In this document: positions 51,996 through 64,000 of the stretch, in pieces
How positions within the stretch are numbered: position 1 is the stretch's first letter
How the letters are laid out: every line of letters begins with the position of its first letter
From: Octopus bimaculoides
Taxonomy: Eukaryota
DNA: 64,000 nt
Assembly (NCBI RefSeq): GCF_001194135.2
Contig: NC_068982.1
Span: 1,130,659 to 1,194,658 of the forward strand
Reading direction: 5' to 3'
The notes under the pieces: model-generated
The model's input: only the letters and a program-made list of their open reading frames with translations
What the model was told of the DNA's origin: nothing
Databases searched by the model: none
Made by a program: the position numbers and the translations under genes

Positions 51996-52349
51996 TACAA
52001 TGGTCCATTACATACATTTCTGTATTGTTGTAAATTTCACTTACAGCTATTTCCAGTTATCACTATAGGTTCATTATTGATAGGTTGACTACTGGAAACA
52101 GCTGTAAGTGAAATTTACTATTATAAAGAAAAAATGTAACGACCATTATTTATGCGTGTTTAAAAACCGGTATAACTGGAGCACAACCATGGATTTACAA
52201 TATATAATGCTCATGAACTATAGCCTGAATACGCGGAGTTCGTTAATCCAATCAATACTGTTTGCCTGGTGTACTAACAGAGAACTTAAAAGCTAGTTTG
52301 CTCGGATTGATAATCCCTCACTCATAACTCTATTTTATATATATCTATA

Positions 52350-52407
<58 letters not shown>

Positions 52408-52433
52408 NNNNNNNNNNACATATGTGTATGTGT

Positions 52434-52474
<41 letters not shown>

Positions 52475-54039
52475 ATAGAAAGAGATGCGTGTGTGTGCCA
52501 ATTAATTTTGAGAACGCCCAGGTATATTTTTCTATGTAAATTTCTAACCAACTAAATTAGCATGTGTTGCATTTTTTATAATGTGTTAGAGTTTAAGGAT
52601 AAAGTATAGAATGGCTGGTTTTGTTCTTATAACACTGTAATGCATAGTGCAAAATCCAGTTGATTCTATCGGCAAATGGATAGAATCTCATTTATCATTC
52701 ATCATCAGGAAAATCATAACTTTTTAGGGGATGGATGTTAGATCACATGATATCAAATGCTTGAATTAGATTCCATTTTGTTTCAAAACTACATGGTTTA
52801 CCGTCGGAAATCTTTCTCCAAAATATATCAGAATAAATCTCGAATGTGTGTGGAATTCTTACTAGATTTTATGTTTGATACATTTTGCAATAATTCTGAA
52901 CGAAGTTGTTCAGATAGATGTAAAATTGTTTGTAAGAGACAGCTTTTCAATTGAAATTTTGTAAGGAAGCAGATAATTCCATTACCTTGCTTGTGATGTC
53001 GTTTGAAGTTGATATGAACATCAGTGAGATACTGTTAGCGATAGATTTTCCACATCATGACTCCAATAAATCTTTTGCGCTTAAGTAATGGTAAGAATAT
53101 ATTGTGAATGCAATTAAACGTTTGCAGCATTCAAAACCTACATTAAAGCAAAGCTTTTTTACATATTCGTATTTGTAGTTCTATTAGTGTGTGTGTATGT
53201 GTGTGTGTATGGAGACTGTATTGATCAAAAGTAGTACTTACAAAATAAAGTAATAGAGGATAAGAACTAGATATAAGATAGAAGCTATACCTAATTCATT
53301 TACTTTTCAGACAATATTGATTCATTTCCTGAACTATACGCAGATTTACGCGACATACCAAGAGAGTACTATACTGATATTTTTCCTACATCTAAGCAAC
53401 ACAAGTGATATAAATTGCCTGGAACTGGGATCGAAATCAGAAACCTAGCTCGATGAAATCTTATTTAACAACCGTGCTCGTCACAAGAAATGCCAATGTC
53501 AAAGCTGTCAGTGAGTCAAGGATCGGGCTGGAATTATCATATAAGGTCAAAAAGCCTTTACGACTTGTGCTGATACTTCGGTAAGCTTATCTGTCGCCGA
53601 CAACCTTCAGGAGGCTATGAAATAAGCACGCATTATATATTAAGAAGTAATGCAGTCGCCATCCCCTTGTGGTGAAATTACAAATCAATTATATTTCTCT
53701 GCTTTTTATAGATCACAAATATTTTCATTTACTTATATGTGTCACTATGTATATTAGGTTGTGTTGTTTCGTGAAATCATTCATGTGTTTGCCATTTCTA
53801 TTAATGTTTTAGTTGAAAATGAAGAGTGGAAATGCTGGTCGTGGCCGGCAATTAAAAAAATGTTGTGTGCTGGGATTGCACTGATTGTGTTAGACAGTAG
53901 TGACTGTTGTTTCCCAACAGAGTAATTCTCAAGTTTACTTTAGTTGCAGAAGTCTAAGTGTCTTATTCCTTACTTTGGCTGTTCTGAAAGTTTATTATGT
54001 TGTAAAGTGTATATTTTACACTTTATTGGGATCTTGACA

Positions 54040-54600
54040 ATGCTGCATAGCGAAAACCCTGGTTCAAATCCCATGACATCTATTTTTTCCTGAAGAACTC
54101 TGGGAGTAAATAGATTCACATTATTTGCACTCCGACGATTACGACGATGAGGGTTCCAGTTGATCTGATCAACGAACACGGCTAGATCCTGAAATTAGCG
54201 TGCAAATGGCTGAGCACTCCATGGACACACGTGCCCTTAACATACAGATTGCATCTGTGAAGTTCGTGTTGGCCGGTTTTCCTTTCTTTCTTTGTAAATC
54301 CCACTTTCACCAGATTGCTGCTTCGGCATTTACTAACATGACCGAGTGCACCAAAGTTTATTGGTTACTCTCCCCAGACACAACAAAATGACAGTTTATT
54401 ATCAGGGTAAAGGAGTTGCAGGTTTCCAGCGTTGGTGCTGTTATTTAACTAAAAACAGTGAAACAGGCCATGATCTTAACGACGTCAAGATTCCAGTTGA
54501 TCATTCCAGCCTGATCCTTGTTAGTTTATCACTTTTCGTCACGCCGGGAGGTAGCTGTGCTGAGATATGTGCAAGTCAACGAAAGAAAGATGATTCATGA
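54040..54600 (+). repeat. Interspersed repeat(s) with a tRNA-like B box, family unassigned
   Basis: ggttcaaatccc near 54061; the motif ttccagttgatc occurs twice (about 54155 and 54491). Confidence 0.45.
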
Positions 54601-57600
54601 CTTTACATTTGTAGGTTGTTAATCACAAACAACTGTTATGCTCGTAGCAGCAATAGGTGTGTACCATTCTTCCTTTTCCCCTTGAAAGGTGACCTATAGT
54701 ATATTCGTAATCTAGATTCATTTGAAGTTATATTTGTTCAGTTTCGAGCAAACTGGTAAACATAGCAATTATAAATAAACAGAAAATGATCTCGTAATGG
54801 AATATTGCGCTTCTTCTACAAGTATAGAATGATTAAGTAAAGAATATGATCTGAAATCATGTTCTTAATAAGAAGACAAAATGAATTTTCTTTTGTTTTG
54901 TTATTATTTTCAACGACTTTCTTTCTGATTAACTTCATATCTTTAACAAAATTATTATGGTCGCATTTTCTGATATTTTGCCATGTATTAATGATCTAAC
55001 GACTTTCTCTGAAAGTGAAGTTGCAGCGTAGCTTTGTTAACTAAATTGTTAAACAGTTGATTCTGTAAAGTTACCGTACTTAAGCTTTTGTTCTTCAGTG
55101 TTTTCGCTAATTGTCTGTGACATTCGTTCTTTCACCATAGAAGTAGAACGTCCTTTTCTATCTCTTCTGATTCGGAGCGATGAATCGTCTGCCTCACTTG
55201 TAATAGAACAATGTTCCTTACAAATCTTCATTTTTTATTCAATTCGCATTTGTTTACACTTCTTCATTCATAGTATCTTATTAGCTGCGATCTTTTCTAT
55301 CATTTAATTAGTTGTATCTTTCATATTGTTGATATTTCAGCGAAGCTTTTTGTCATTTGTAGGTTAACTAGTTATTCCTTACTAACCAGCATACTGTCAG
55401 TTATGTTCTCGTTAACTATTCTCCTTCCTCTTGTCTGAGAATATACTCTTTGATATCTCGTTTAATGATTAACTCTGGTTTGTCTAAATTGGATTCAACA
55501 TATGCCTTGTCATTGGAACCACTTTTCAATTACGGCTTTCATTGTATATTCCCGGAATTTAACATTTGGGTTTCAATTTGTACAGAAATTTTGGTTGATC
55601 TCAGTATTTTATGCTCACATTATAATTAAGTATAATAAGTAGAAACTGTGATTAAACGCAACTGCAAACACCCGAATGCTTAAAACCAAACTTATCCGCC
55701 TTAAATAACCGGCATTAAAGAAAAACAAAAATTCTCTCAAAATTACATCTTTGAAATCAACTTGAAATAGTTACGTAAAACAATAGGCGGAAATAATATA
55801 ACAGTGAAAATTAGAAGCTGTTTAGAAATCCGATTTTGAAAACGAAGGTTAGGCGAAAATATAGCTTCTTAGAATTATCTGACAATAAAAGATTTTGAAA
55901 AATCATCTCTCCAAAGCATAACAATGTTTTCAACAACATCCAAAATTCGTCATTTGGCAGACGGAAATTGTAGGCAATGCTCACCTACACCAGCTTCTTA
56001 CAAAGTACGTAGGGCGCTCCTTATTGGCAAAAGAAAATGTTGCTAGACGCCAACAGATGACTCTTCTAGCAATTTATAAGGAACCACCGAAAAGAATCAT
56101 TGAACACTTACAAAAAAAAAATGAAAAAGAAAATAATAATCCCTCGAGAGTAGAAGGGGTTAGGGTTAGGGTTAGGTGTTCGGCCAAATTAAATGCGACA
56201 ATTTTCCAGCCCCTTGTTAAAATAATGCTACCGGATAATGTGAAAGTACACAAAAGGAGTATGCTATATTTGACCGATGCATGACGATAACTATAACCGA
56301 AGAGTATTTCCAATAAAATCACCGCTCTAAAGATGACGAATGACTAGATTAAACCTTTTAATTGCCCCACCATTTCTAGTTTGTCAAAATGGAAGTGGTA
56401 CATGCATTTGATCGCACCTATGAACTATGAGACTGTACTAAAAGTAGACAACAACATGCAAGCTTCTTAGAAATATTTTCTGGAAAATGATTGGACAATT
56501 GATTGATCTCATCCCGGCAGATTTTAATACTGCCATTATCAATCTCCGTGAGACCGCTCAACCTGCTATAGGTGGCGGTCAAATCATATATTGCAGTCTT
56601 TAAAATAAAGTGCACATTAGATGACTGTAGTCGCTGAATATAGAAAATAATCGAGTGGTTTGGCCAATTTATTCGATCAGAGTTGGCCGTTGGCTAAAGT
56701 ATTACGAAAGCATTCTCGATAACAGCATGCGTGTCTGCTACACGTTTGCGTTGGTTATGACTTGCAAACAAAAGTTAACTCAAATGGTCGCCGCAATAAC
56801 ATCTTCTCAATTGCATCAAATTTCGAACTTAATAAACTTGAACAAAAGCGGCAAAAAAGGGGTGACATGGAGATAAAGCAAGCATAGAGCTTGACTTTAT
56901 GTGGCCTACTCTGTAGTTGAGTGCTCATTTCAATGAAAAGAAATTATGCTGCCTGAGATGGCGAAATGCAAAGTGAAAGCATAAACAGCAACATTTTCAG
57001 TAGAACATGTTTTCACTACTGGATATATTGAAAAGAGGATTCGCAATTCTCAGTTCTTGCCATGTTCGGCCAAACTTTGTTGCATACTACATAGTGTCTC
57101 TTTAGTTGATTTCTAGCGATGCACGACCCCAGTGCAATGAGCGAGAGCCATACGTTATGAGGGGCACTAAAAACGTTTTAATAGTATATACATTATTTAT
57201 GTTACTGAGACACGTTGCTGTTAACTCTGTCAAAAAACTCTGTTTTGCAGTCTTCTTCATTCAGTTTTCAAAGACGTCCAGTTATTTCTGGAAATCTTCT
57301 TGAGCTACTTCCCCCGCCCCACGAAAAAGTCCTAATTTATCTGCATCCTTCCCAATTTCATATCAAAAAATAGAAATATAGGAAACACAATTCTCGAATC
57401 GATAGCTGTATCCTTTTCATTATCATTAAAAATAATAATACAAATGCATGTATAATTAAAACTTCAGTGCGAATCTAGAAAGTAGCAATACTAAACACCA
57501 ACACTAACCACATGGAGTACTTCCAATACATTACAAACAAAAAATCCCATATTCCATCTTTGTTTTCTTCTCTTCTTTATAAGAGAAAAGGTTTATCGTT

Positions 57601-57887
57601 CGATATGTAGCTCAAATCACAAGGGGACATAACAAACCCTGTAATTATTTTCAATTAACCTTAGAAGGCTTCGATGGAACGAGGAAGGAGGCTATATTTT
57701 CGATGGCCAAATCGTTTTTTATAATTGTTGGTCACGTGCTTATTTAATGTAACCAATGATTCGTTGAGTATTAGGAATTCTGTTACCATTCGTCTGCCTC
57801 CACATCCTTGCAATCTCTCCCTTCACGAGATTTTTAAATTTTTGAAAACCGTAAATCTCTGAAGCTCTCGACATTAATTATTTCATA

Positions 57888-58970
57888 TATTGTTTTGAGT
57901 CAAAACTTTTGCAATATTTTGGCAACTTGAGACAGAAACGTTAGCACGCCGGGCGAAATGCTTAGTGGTATTTCGTCTGTCTTTACGTTCTGAGTTCAAA
58001 TTCCGCCGAGGTCGACTTTGCCTTTCATCCTTTCGGGGTCGATGAATTAAGTACCATTTGCATACTGGGGTCGATCTAATCGACTGGCCCCCACCCCTAA
58101 CATTTCGGGCCTCGTGCCTAGAGTAGAAAAGAAAATTTTGGCAACTTACTTGCTTTATTCGAGAAGTTACAACAAAAGCAGCCTAGCTTTCGAAGTAGAG
58201 ACCATTGCTTGTTGCACCGTCTGAAGCCACTTTTTTGCCAGTTCTTTGATCCCATGATGATACCAGTTCTTGTCCTTCAAAGCGATGAAATCCTTCACTA
58301 AAGCATCATGGTCGCAGGAAGTGAACCATGGATCGGAACAAGTAATAATCCGAGGGAGATATTTTCCGGAAGCTGTGGTTAAGCAAGGGCCAGCTTCCGG
58401 AACCTTCCGCCTAATATGGCCGTTTCGACCGCATTGTGATACTCTTCGTCCGGAGGAATTCTCTACAATTTCATTCCGGACGGTCTGACCATCGATGCAA
58501 ACATGTACTCCGAAGAGCTGGAGCGGATGTATACCACTATGCGGCAAAAATACCCGGGATTAGATTGCGGAAAATGAGATTTTCTGCAGCAAGACAACGC
58601 AGGTCCTCATATCGCTCGGACGACCCGGAATAAACTCCAAGACCTTGAGGTAATTAAACTGATGCTACACTCATGATACAGCCTGGTTCTAGATTACCCG
58701 AATTCTTGCAATTTCCGATCCATGGCTCACTTCCTGCGATGGCGACGCTTCATCAACCAAGAAGAAGTGGAAACTTCAATGAAGGAGTTCTTCGCCTCGA
58801 AAGACAAGAAATGGTATCCGCGTGGGGTCAAAGAACTAGCAGAGACAGGTGGCTTCAGACGGTGCAATATGATGGCCTCTACTTTGACTACTGGGCTGCT
58901 TTTATTGTAACTTGATGAATAAAGCAAATAAGTCACCAAAATATTGCAAAAGTTTTGACTTAGAACAATA
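57888..58970 (+). mobile_element. Non-autonomous mariner fold-back element with two long inverted arms derived from the transposase 3' end
   Basis: The left end tattgttttgagtcaaaacttttgcaatattttggcaactt matches the reverse complement of the right end (aagtcaccaaaatattgcaaaagttttgacttagaacaata). TA sits at both ends. The arms are 57888-58338 and 58713-58970, and the spacer encodes QQDNAGPH. Confidence 0.9.
57929..58134 (+). mobile_element. tRNA-derived SINE family 1 (Deu/Nin-like central domain) with a 13-bp target-site duplication
   Basis: TSD attttggcaactt at 57916-57928 and 58135-58147. The body contains gagttcaaattcc (B box) and gtcgactttgcctttcatcctttcggggtcgat. Confidence 0.92.
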
Positions 58971-59219
58971 ATTTCAGTCCATCTCTTACCAATGTATTTA
59001 GTCCACTGCATAATATTTCTCAATCTTTATTCATATACGTTGCCATGTTTTACTCTAACTGTTGTGCACAGCAATTTCTCTCTTATTTCAATTCTTAAAT
59101 AAATACAACAGGAATTTGTGTTCTTTAAGCAAATTCAAAATAATATTAGAATACTTGTGGCTGTGAATTATCACTCACATCATTAGCAGCATCCAAAAAA
59201 AAAACCGCTCCGGTGCAAA

Positions 59220-59700
59220 TCAATGGAACAGGATGTTATTGTCAAAACATTATACAACGCAATCTACAGAAGTGATAGTCCTGGCGACAAAAATGTAAGC
59301 AGTGTGGATGGTAGAGTCTTCTATAATATAATACAAAACTAGTGGAATGTTCTCAAAACCTCGTGGACATAACGGACTGAACAAAATGCGCTGAGGCCGC
59401 GAAAATAAAGTGTGCACAGAAGTGAAAGTTATGCAGCAGATATAACAAGGAACACGAAGCAAGAGAACACAACAAACAATCCCTCATCGCTCTGCATGAA
59501 ATGAGTGGCCCACAATATGTTTACCGCAAGTACACTGATGCAAACGTTTGTGCCGCTCAATTGGATGTAAATGTGATCAAGGACTTTGTAATTAAAATCT
59601 GGACTATTCCAACTGATAACAGTTCCTGTATCAAGAGCCGAAATTATCGAAATCAACAGCAAGAAGGCAGAGGTTTATCATCGATAGAGAAAGTCGTTCA
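59220..59700 (+). mobile_element. R4/Dong-type LINE fragments (nuclease-region piece followed by an RT-C-terminal piece)
   Basis: VIVKTLYNAI resembles VVARTLYNE. The reverse complement of 59490-59600 aligns with 6040-6140. QQEGRGLSSIE resembles KQGGRGLTSIQ. Confidence 0.6.
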
Positions 59701-59954
59701 TTTAAGTTCACATTCTTTTTGCGAACATCTGTGAACGAGTAATCGTCAATATACATTCAAATATGTTTTGCGTGGAACAATTAACATGATAGGAGTTGAG
59801 AAGGAACCGCTCGGAAATTATTCCCTGATGTATGACCAAAAACACCACATTACTGTACTGAATATCGGCTGAAAAACTTTCTGATTATAAGTAAGAGGTA
59901 ATGCATCATTACGTTGTGAGGAACCTTGAAAGTAACAGTAATATAAATAATCAA

Positions 59955-60130
59955 AATGGTTAGCGGTATTGCATTCGTCTTTACGTTCTGAGTTCAAATT
60001 CTGCCGTGGTCTACTTTGCCTTTCAACCTTTCTGGGTCAATATAATAAGTACCAGCTGAGCACTGAGATCGATGTAAACGATTTACCTCCTCCACAAAAT
60101 TGCTGGCCTTGTGCCAAAATTTGAAGTCAC
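59955..60130 (+). mobile_element. SINE family 1 copy
   Basis: ttacgttctgagttcaaattctgccgtggtctactttgcctttc...gccttgtgccaaaatttgaa. Confidence 0.8.
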
Positions 60131-61973
60131 TATCGATCATCACAGTAGTATATCTGGGACAAAAGAAGGTTTATTTGGGTTTCATTTTGAAGGCTATAAT
60201 TTTACCAGGCACGAAGAATAAATAGCAACGAAATACTTGATATGTAAAATAAATAGCAATGCACGTAAACCACTATCATGCAACAATCGATGCAAATTTT
60301 GTTGCAGCATAAATACCATAGAGTCTGATAGTAATGAACTAAAACGCCTTCCCGTTTAATTAACATACTTAGAAAATATGTTTCAAAATAACTTCCCTTA
60401 AGACAAATTTAGCTTGTTTTGAGAGACTTTGAAACATTGATCGGGACGTTTAGAGTTATTCGCTGAGAAAATATCAAATTAGTCTTGTTTAGACATTTCT
60501 GAGACGTATGAATTTCTGTTTGTTATTAGTGTTTTTCGAAGATGTTTGTCCAGGTTTTGTCACATTCTATATATATTGTTGATTAGTATGCAATTTCAAT
60601 ACAAGTTATGTCTGCAGTAAAAGTTTCTTATTGCATGCTTAAGAAAACATCAAATGAGATATAATAAAATATATAGAAAACAGTTCTATTCCTTTCTAGA
60701 GACATCAAACGCGTCGTTAGGGAATATGAACGAGTCTAGGCAAAAGAAAAGTTAAAAGCTAAAACAGATCAATTGTTTCAAAGTCTTGACACTGTCTTCG
60801 AGATAATTTTACATTGATCTGTAAGACAGACAGTTGATGCATAGAACATTGCCTCCAAGACCTTTGAAATGTCAACCACCAATTGAATAATGTAAAATTG
60901 TTTAATATTCAACTTTATTGTTTGCTTCATATCAATTGCCGACTCATTTTGAAATGTAGATGAAGAAGTGATATAAACATTGATTATCACGTTTTGTAAA
61001 TGAATATGCGAGTTTTTACGAAGTGTAATGTGCATCCCTACGGATAGTGGTATAAATATATTGTATGCTAATGTGCCTGATAACAACATCGTATGGAATC
61101 CTGTATCGCTTCTACGATAAACTTCTCTTTAATTTCAATTAGTATACATACGTACATACATACGCACGCATCTCTATAAATGGATATGTGAACCTATGTG
61201 TGTCAGAGTGTGTATGTCTACGTTGTACATGTGTGTTAGTGTATGTGGGTGTTCAATAAGCGGTTTTACGAAAACAAAAATTATTCCTCTTAGGAATACA
61301 ATAAATTAGCCTCAGTTCAACAGAAACACTTGAACTACTTCACGACTGCGTTGGCTGGCTGGTTGGTTGGTTGGCTGGATTCTCACAGAGGGATTTGTCG
61401 TAATGTATACTTTACAAATAATGTTTGTAAAATGCATACTGATAAATATTAATGAAGAAAACGAGTTTTTTCTTGGCTCAACAGAATCACACATATTTTA
61501 TTTTACAAATTTACCTACTCTGGGGAGTGAAAAGCAAATTGTCGTATCATTAAAATATATTAAAGAATGCACAAGATTTTAATGAATTTAGTCCAATACT
61601 TCACAACTTTTAATCGATCTACAGGTCCTCGTTATGTTAGAGCGATTAGCATCGATGCTAAAACAATACACAATTAAAGTTACAGAAAAAAAGATGTAAT
61701 CCCCTGGCAACCTCTGTTTTTGCCTTTTGTCTTTACTCGATTCAGTCATTAGACTGCGGCTCATTCTATAAGTTTCCTGTGCAAGGTATGGTGGGAACAA
61801 GAAAAAAGACATAAGCATATACGTGTACAAATATATGCATACATACATACATACATACATACATACATGCATACATAATAGGCTTCTTTCAGTTTCCGAT
61901 CACCAAATGAATACTGTCTTGTTTATAATTATACTAATTTCTATTTTTCTGTATTTTCTTTTGTATTTTGCAG

Positions 61974-62216
61974 GCTGACTTAGTTAACCTGTGCGTGAAA
62001 ATATTTCCATGCTGCATTTGCTTAAAGAGGCTAATGAGACGAAGAATAAGCATGTCCACCTATGATACGGGTGTCTTCCGCCGGCAAAGTGCCATTCACT
62101 ACAAGGCAAGGACGCGTACAGCTTTCACTAATACGACACCGAACGGAAATATGCGATCGGCGTTTCAGCCACACAAGTTCCACGCCATCGATATGAGAAT
62201 GGAGCAAATAGAATAA
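61974..62216 (+). CDS. Terminal coding exon (helix 8 and C-tail) of the same GPCR
   Basis: A long polypyrimidine tract and cAG end at 61973. The phase-0 join gives NESFR|ADLVNLCVKIFPCCICLKRLMRRRIS.... It has a Cys cluster where palmitoylation sites usually lie after helix 8, basic-Ser kinase-type motifs (RRRIS, RRQS) and a TAA stop at 62214-62216. Confidence 0.85.
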   Translation, partial: ADLVNLCVKIFPCCICLKRLMRRRISMSTYDTGVFRRQSAIHYKARTRTAFTNTTPNGNMRSAFQPHKFHAIDMRMEQIE

Positions 62217-62217
62217 A
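62212..62217 (+). promoter_or_regulatory. AATAAA overlapping the GPCR stop codon (candidate polyadenylation signal)
   Basis: Sequence gAATAAAatt. Further AATAAA hexamers lie at 63072 and 63503; which one is used is unknown, and the hexamer is common in AT-rich DNA. Confidence 0.25.
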
Positions 62218-63188
62218 ATTGAAAGCACGAACTTATCAAAGGAAATTATCACTGTACGCATAGATACATATATATGCACACATATATGTATTCATAAATA
62301 CACACACACACACACACATTTATACTTACATATACATATATATGCATATACATACATGACTTTGTACGCTTTTATGTGTGTGTGTGAGTGTGTGTGTGTG
62401 AGAGTGAGGGAGTGCATATTATGTTTGTTAGGTTTATGGTTTTGTGATGTGTGCATATAACTGTAGTTGGGAGTTCCGTTAGAACCGGAGCGAACCGGTA
62501 TTAATGAAAGATTTTCAATGCGTCGAGTGGAAGGTATGCTCATTTATTATGATAATAGTGACTCTTAGAGAATTGCAACAGGAAAGTCCCATGTGTGTGT
62601 GTGTGTGTGTATGTGTGTGAAGTATGTATACACATTTATTTTTACCCATTTATGTATATATATCCATGCAATTAACGATTCATGAAAAGTATACACGTAA
62701 AAACACATCTATTAGGGCATGCAACTGAAATTTGCTCCTTACAGCTCTTTCTATGTATGAGTGTTTGAATGTGTGAAGGTTTATTTAGCACTGTCTTCAG
62801 GACACTTTTGTGAGTCTTAATGGCTCGTATCACTGTCCGAGACAGTTTGGGAGTCATAACAGTCGATTCTCTCTCTAATTTCATGGCGATAAGTAGATAG
62901 GAAAGAATACATTGACAGTCTATAATGGAGATAGTATTTCCAGTATTTTTTCTCGATAACTAATTCAATTTGAGTACATAGTCAAAATCTGATCTCTCAT
63001 TTTGACATAAATCTTTCCATTTCTTTGCGCAGTTCTTCGTTTTGCGGGTCATTAGGCCATATAAAATGGTAAATAAAGATTTTACATAAATCTATATCTA
63101 TATCTACATCTCTCGCTCCTTCTCCCTCTCACTCTCCATATATGTATGTGTGTGTGTAAGTGTATATATATATGTATACAAGTGCATA

Positions 63189-63227
<39 letters not shown>

Positions 63228-63305
63228 CATGTATGTAAGTGTTTATGTATATATATACTTGTGTGTGTGTGTGTATACATACAATCATAAATGCATACAT
63301 ACATA

Positions 63306-63346
63306 TCTCTATTGGCAAGAAGCCTTGAAATGAAACTGAATAATGA
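63306..63346 (+). mobile_element. 41-bp extreme 3' end of the R4/Dong family, lying downstream of the GPCR stop
   Basis: tctctattggcaagaagccttgaaatgaaactgaataatga matches the reverse complement of 22557-22597. It is flanked by CATA repeats on both sides. Confidence 0.7.
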
Positions 63347-64000
63347 CATACATAAACATATTCTATAGCCTCCCCCTATCTTTTGTTACATCCTCAAAAT
63401 AGTGACCAGTGTCATCTCCACACACCATTCTAGTCCTATTTGTGCGCTTGGGTGTTTTATCATATTTCTGTCCCTCTTTCCTCTGTCTATTAACGCTACG
63501 TCAATAAAATTAACTGCTCAAATTTCACCGATCTTCTGCACTTGACTTCCCAATACACTTATCATTCAGAAGTTACCTAGACATCACTAGACTCATACTA
63601 AGTCTATATGCATACTCATGGAGCACATCATACTCTGATAGGGATATAGTAATGTAGTCCCTTCAAACAGCTTGGCAACAAATTCAACACACGCATATCA
63701 GAATGTGACCCACTGCTTATGAACGTCACGAAGTTAGAAACTTCGGAGCCATTACAAAAGCTGTTTCATAATATGTACTTCGTGCTGGTGCCAAGATACA
63801 TCGTCGAAGTTGCATCTGAAAGAGTTCCTCTCCTTTTCAAGTCCACAAAATATTGCAATCCTGATCGGGTGTTTATTCAGTACAATTCCAATAAGAAATC
63901 CTCATTAGAATAATTTCACACAGCGCCATGGAGAGATTAGGCAGAAGCGAACTTTACGTTAATAAAACTATGTTTCTGAGATATTTTAACTTTTAAAAGG

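Larger units (their letters stand above)
42317..61973 (+). other. GT-AG intron (19,657 nt) of the GPCR
   Basis: GTAAGA donor, ttttgcAG acceptor, and an in-frame join of recognisable GPCR segments. Additional small exons inside it cannot be excluded. Confidence 0.8.

Overview
Eukaryotic, AT-rich, repeat-saturated draft-assembly DNA with many N gaps, nearly all flanked by microsatellites. The SINE, LINE and microsatellite content looks like an octopod cephalopod genome; this is inferred from repeat families, not from a database hit. The only host gene I can support is the 3' part of a class A neuropeptide-type GPCR on the + strand. It has a TM6-TM7 exon (42107-42316) and a terminal exon (61974-62216), joined in frame across a 19.7-kb GT-AG intron; the TM1-TM5 exons were not found. 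The rest is mobile DNA: two abundant tRNA-derived SINE families, Penelope-like elements (PLEs), R4/Dong-type and CR1-type LINE fragments, two mariner derivatives and MITE-like pieces. The most notable structures are: (i) a tRNA-like Pol III head followed by a minimal hammerhead ribozyme at a PLE 3' end (42817-43046, -), with several more hammerhead-like motifs elsewhere; (ii) a mariner fold-back element built from two 3' ends, with a SINE inserted in one arm; (iii) a two-module repeat whose second module is inverted between copies; (iv) a SINE and a CR1-like LINE that share a 3' tail. No prokaryotic-type systems (CRISPR, operons) are present. Repeat boundaries are approximate unless stated to the base.
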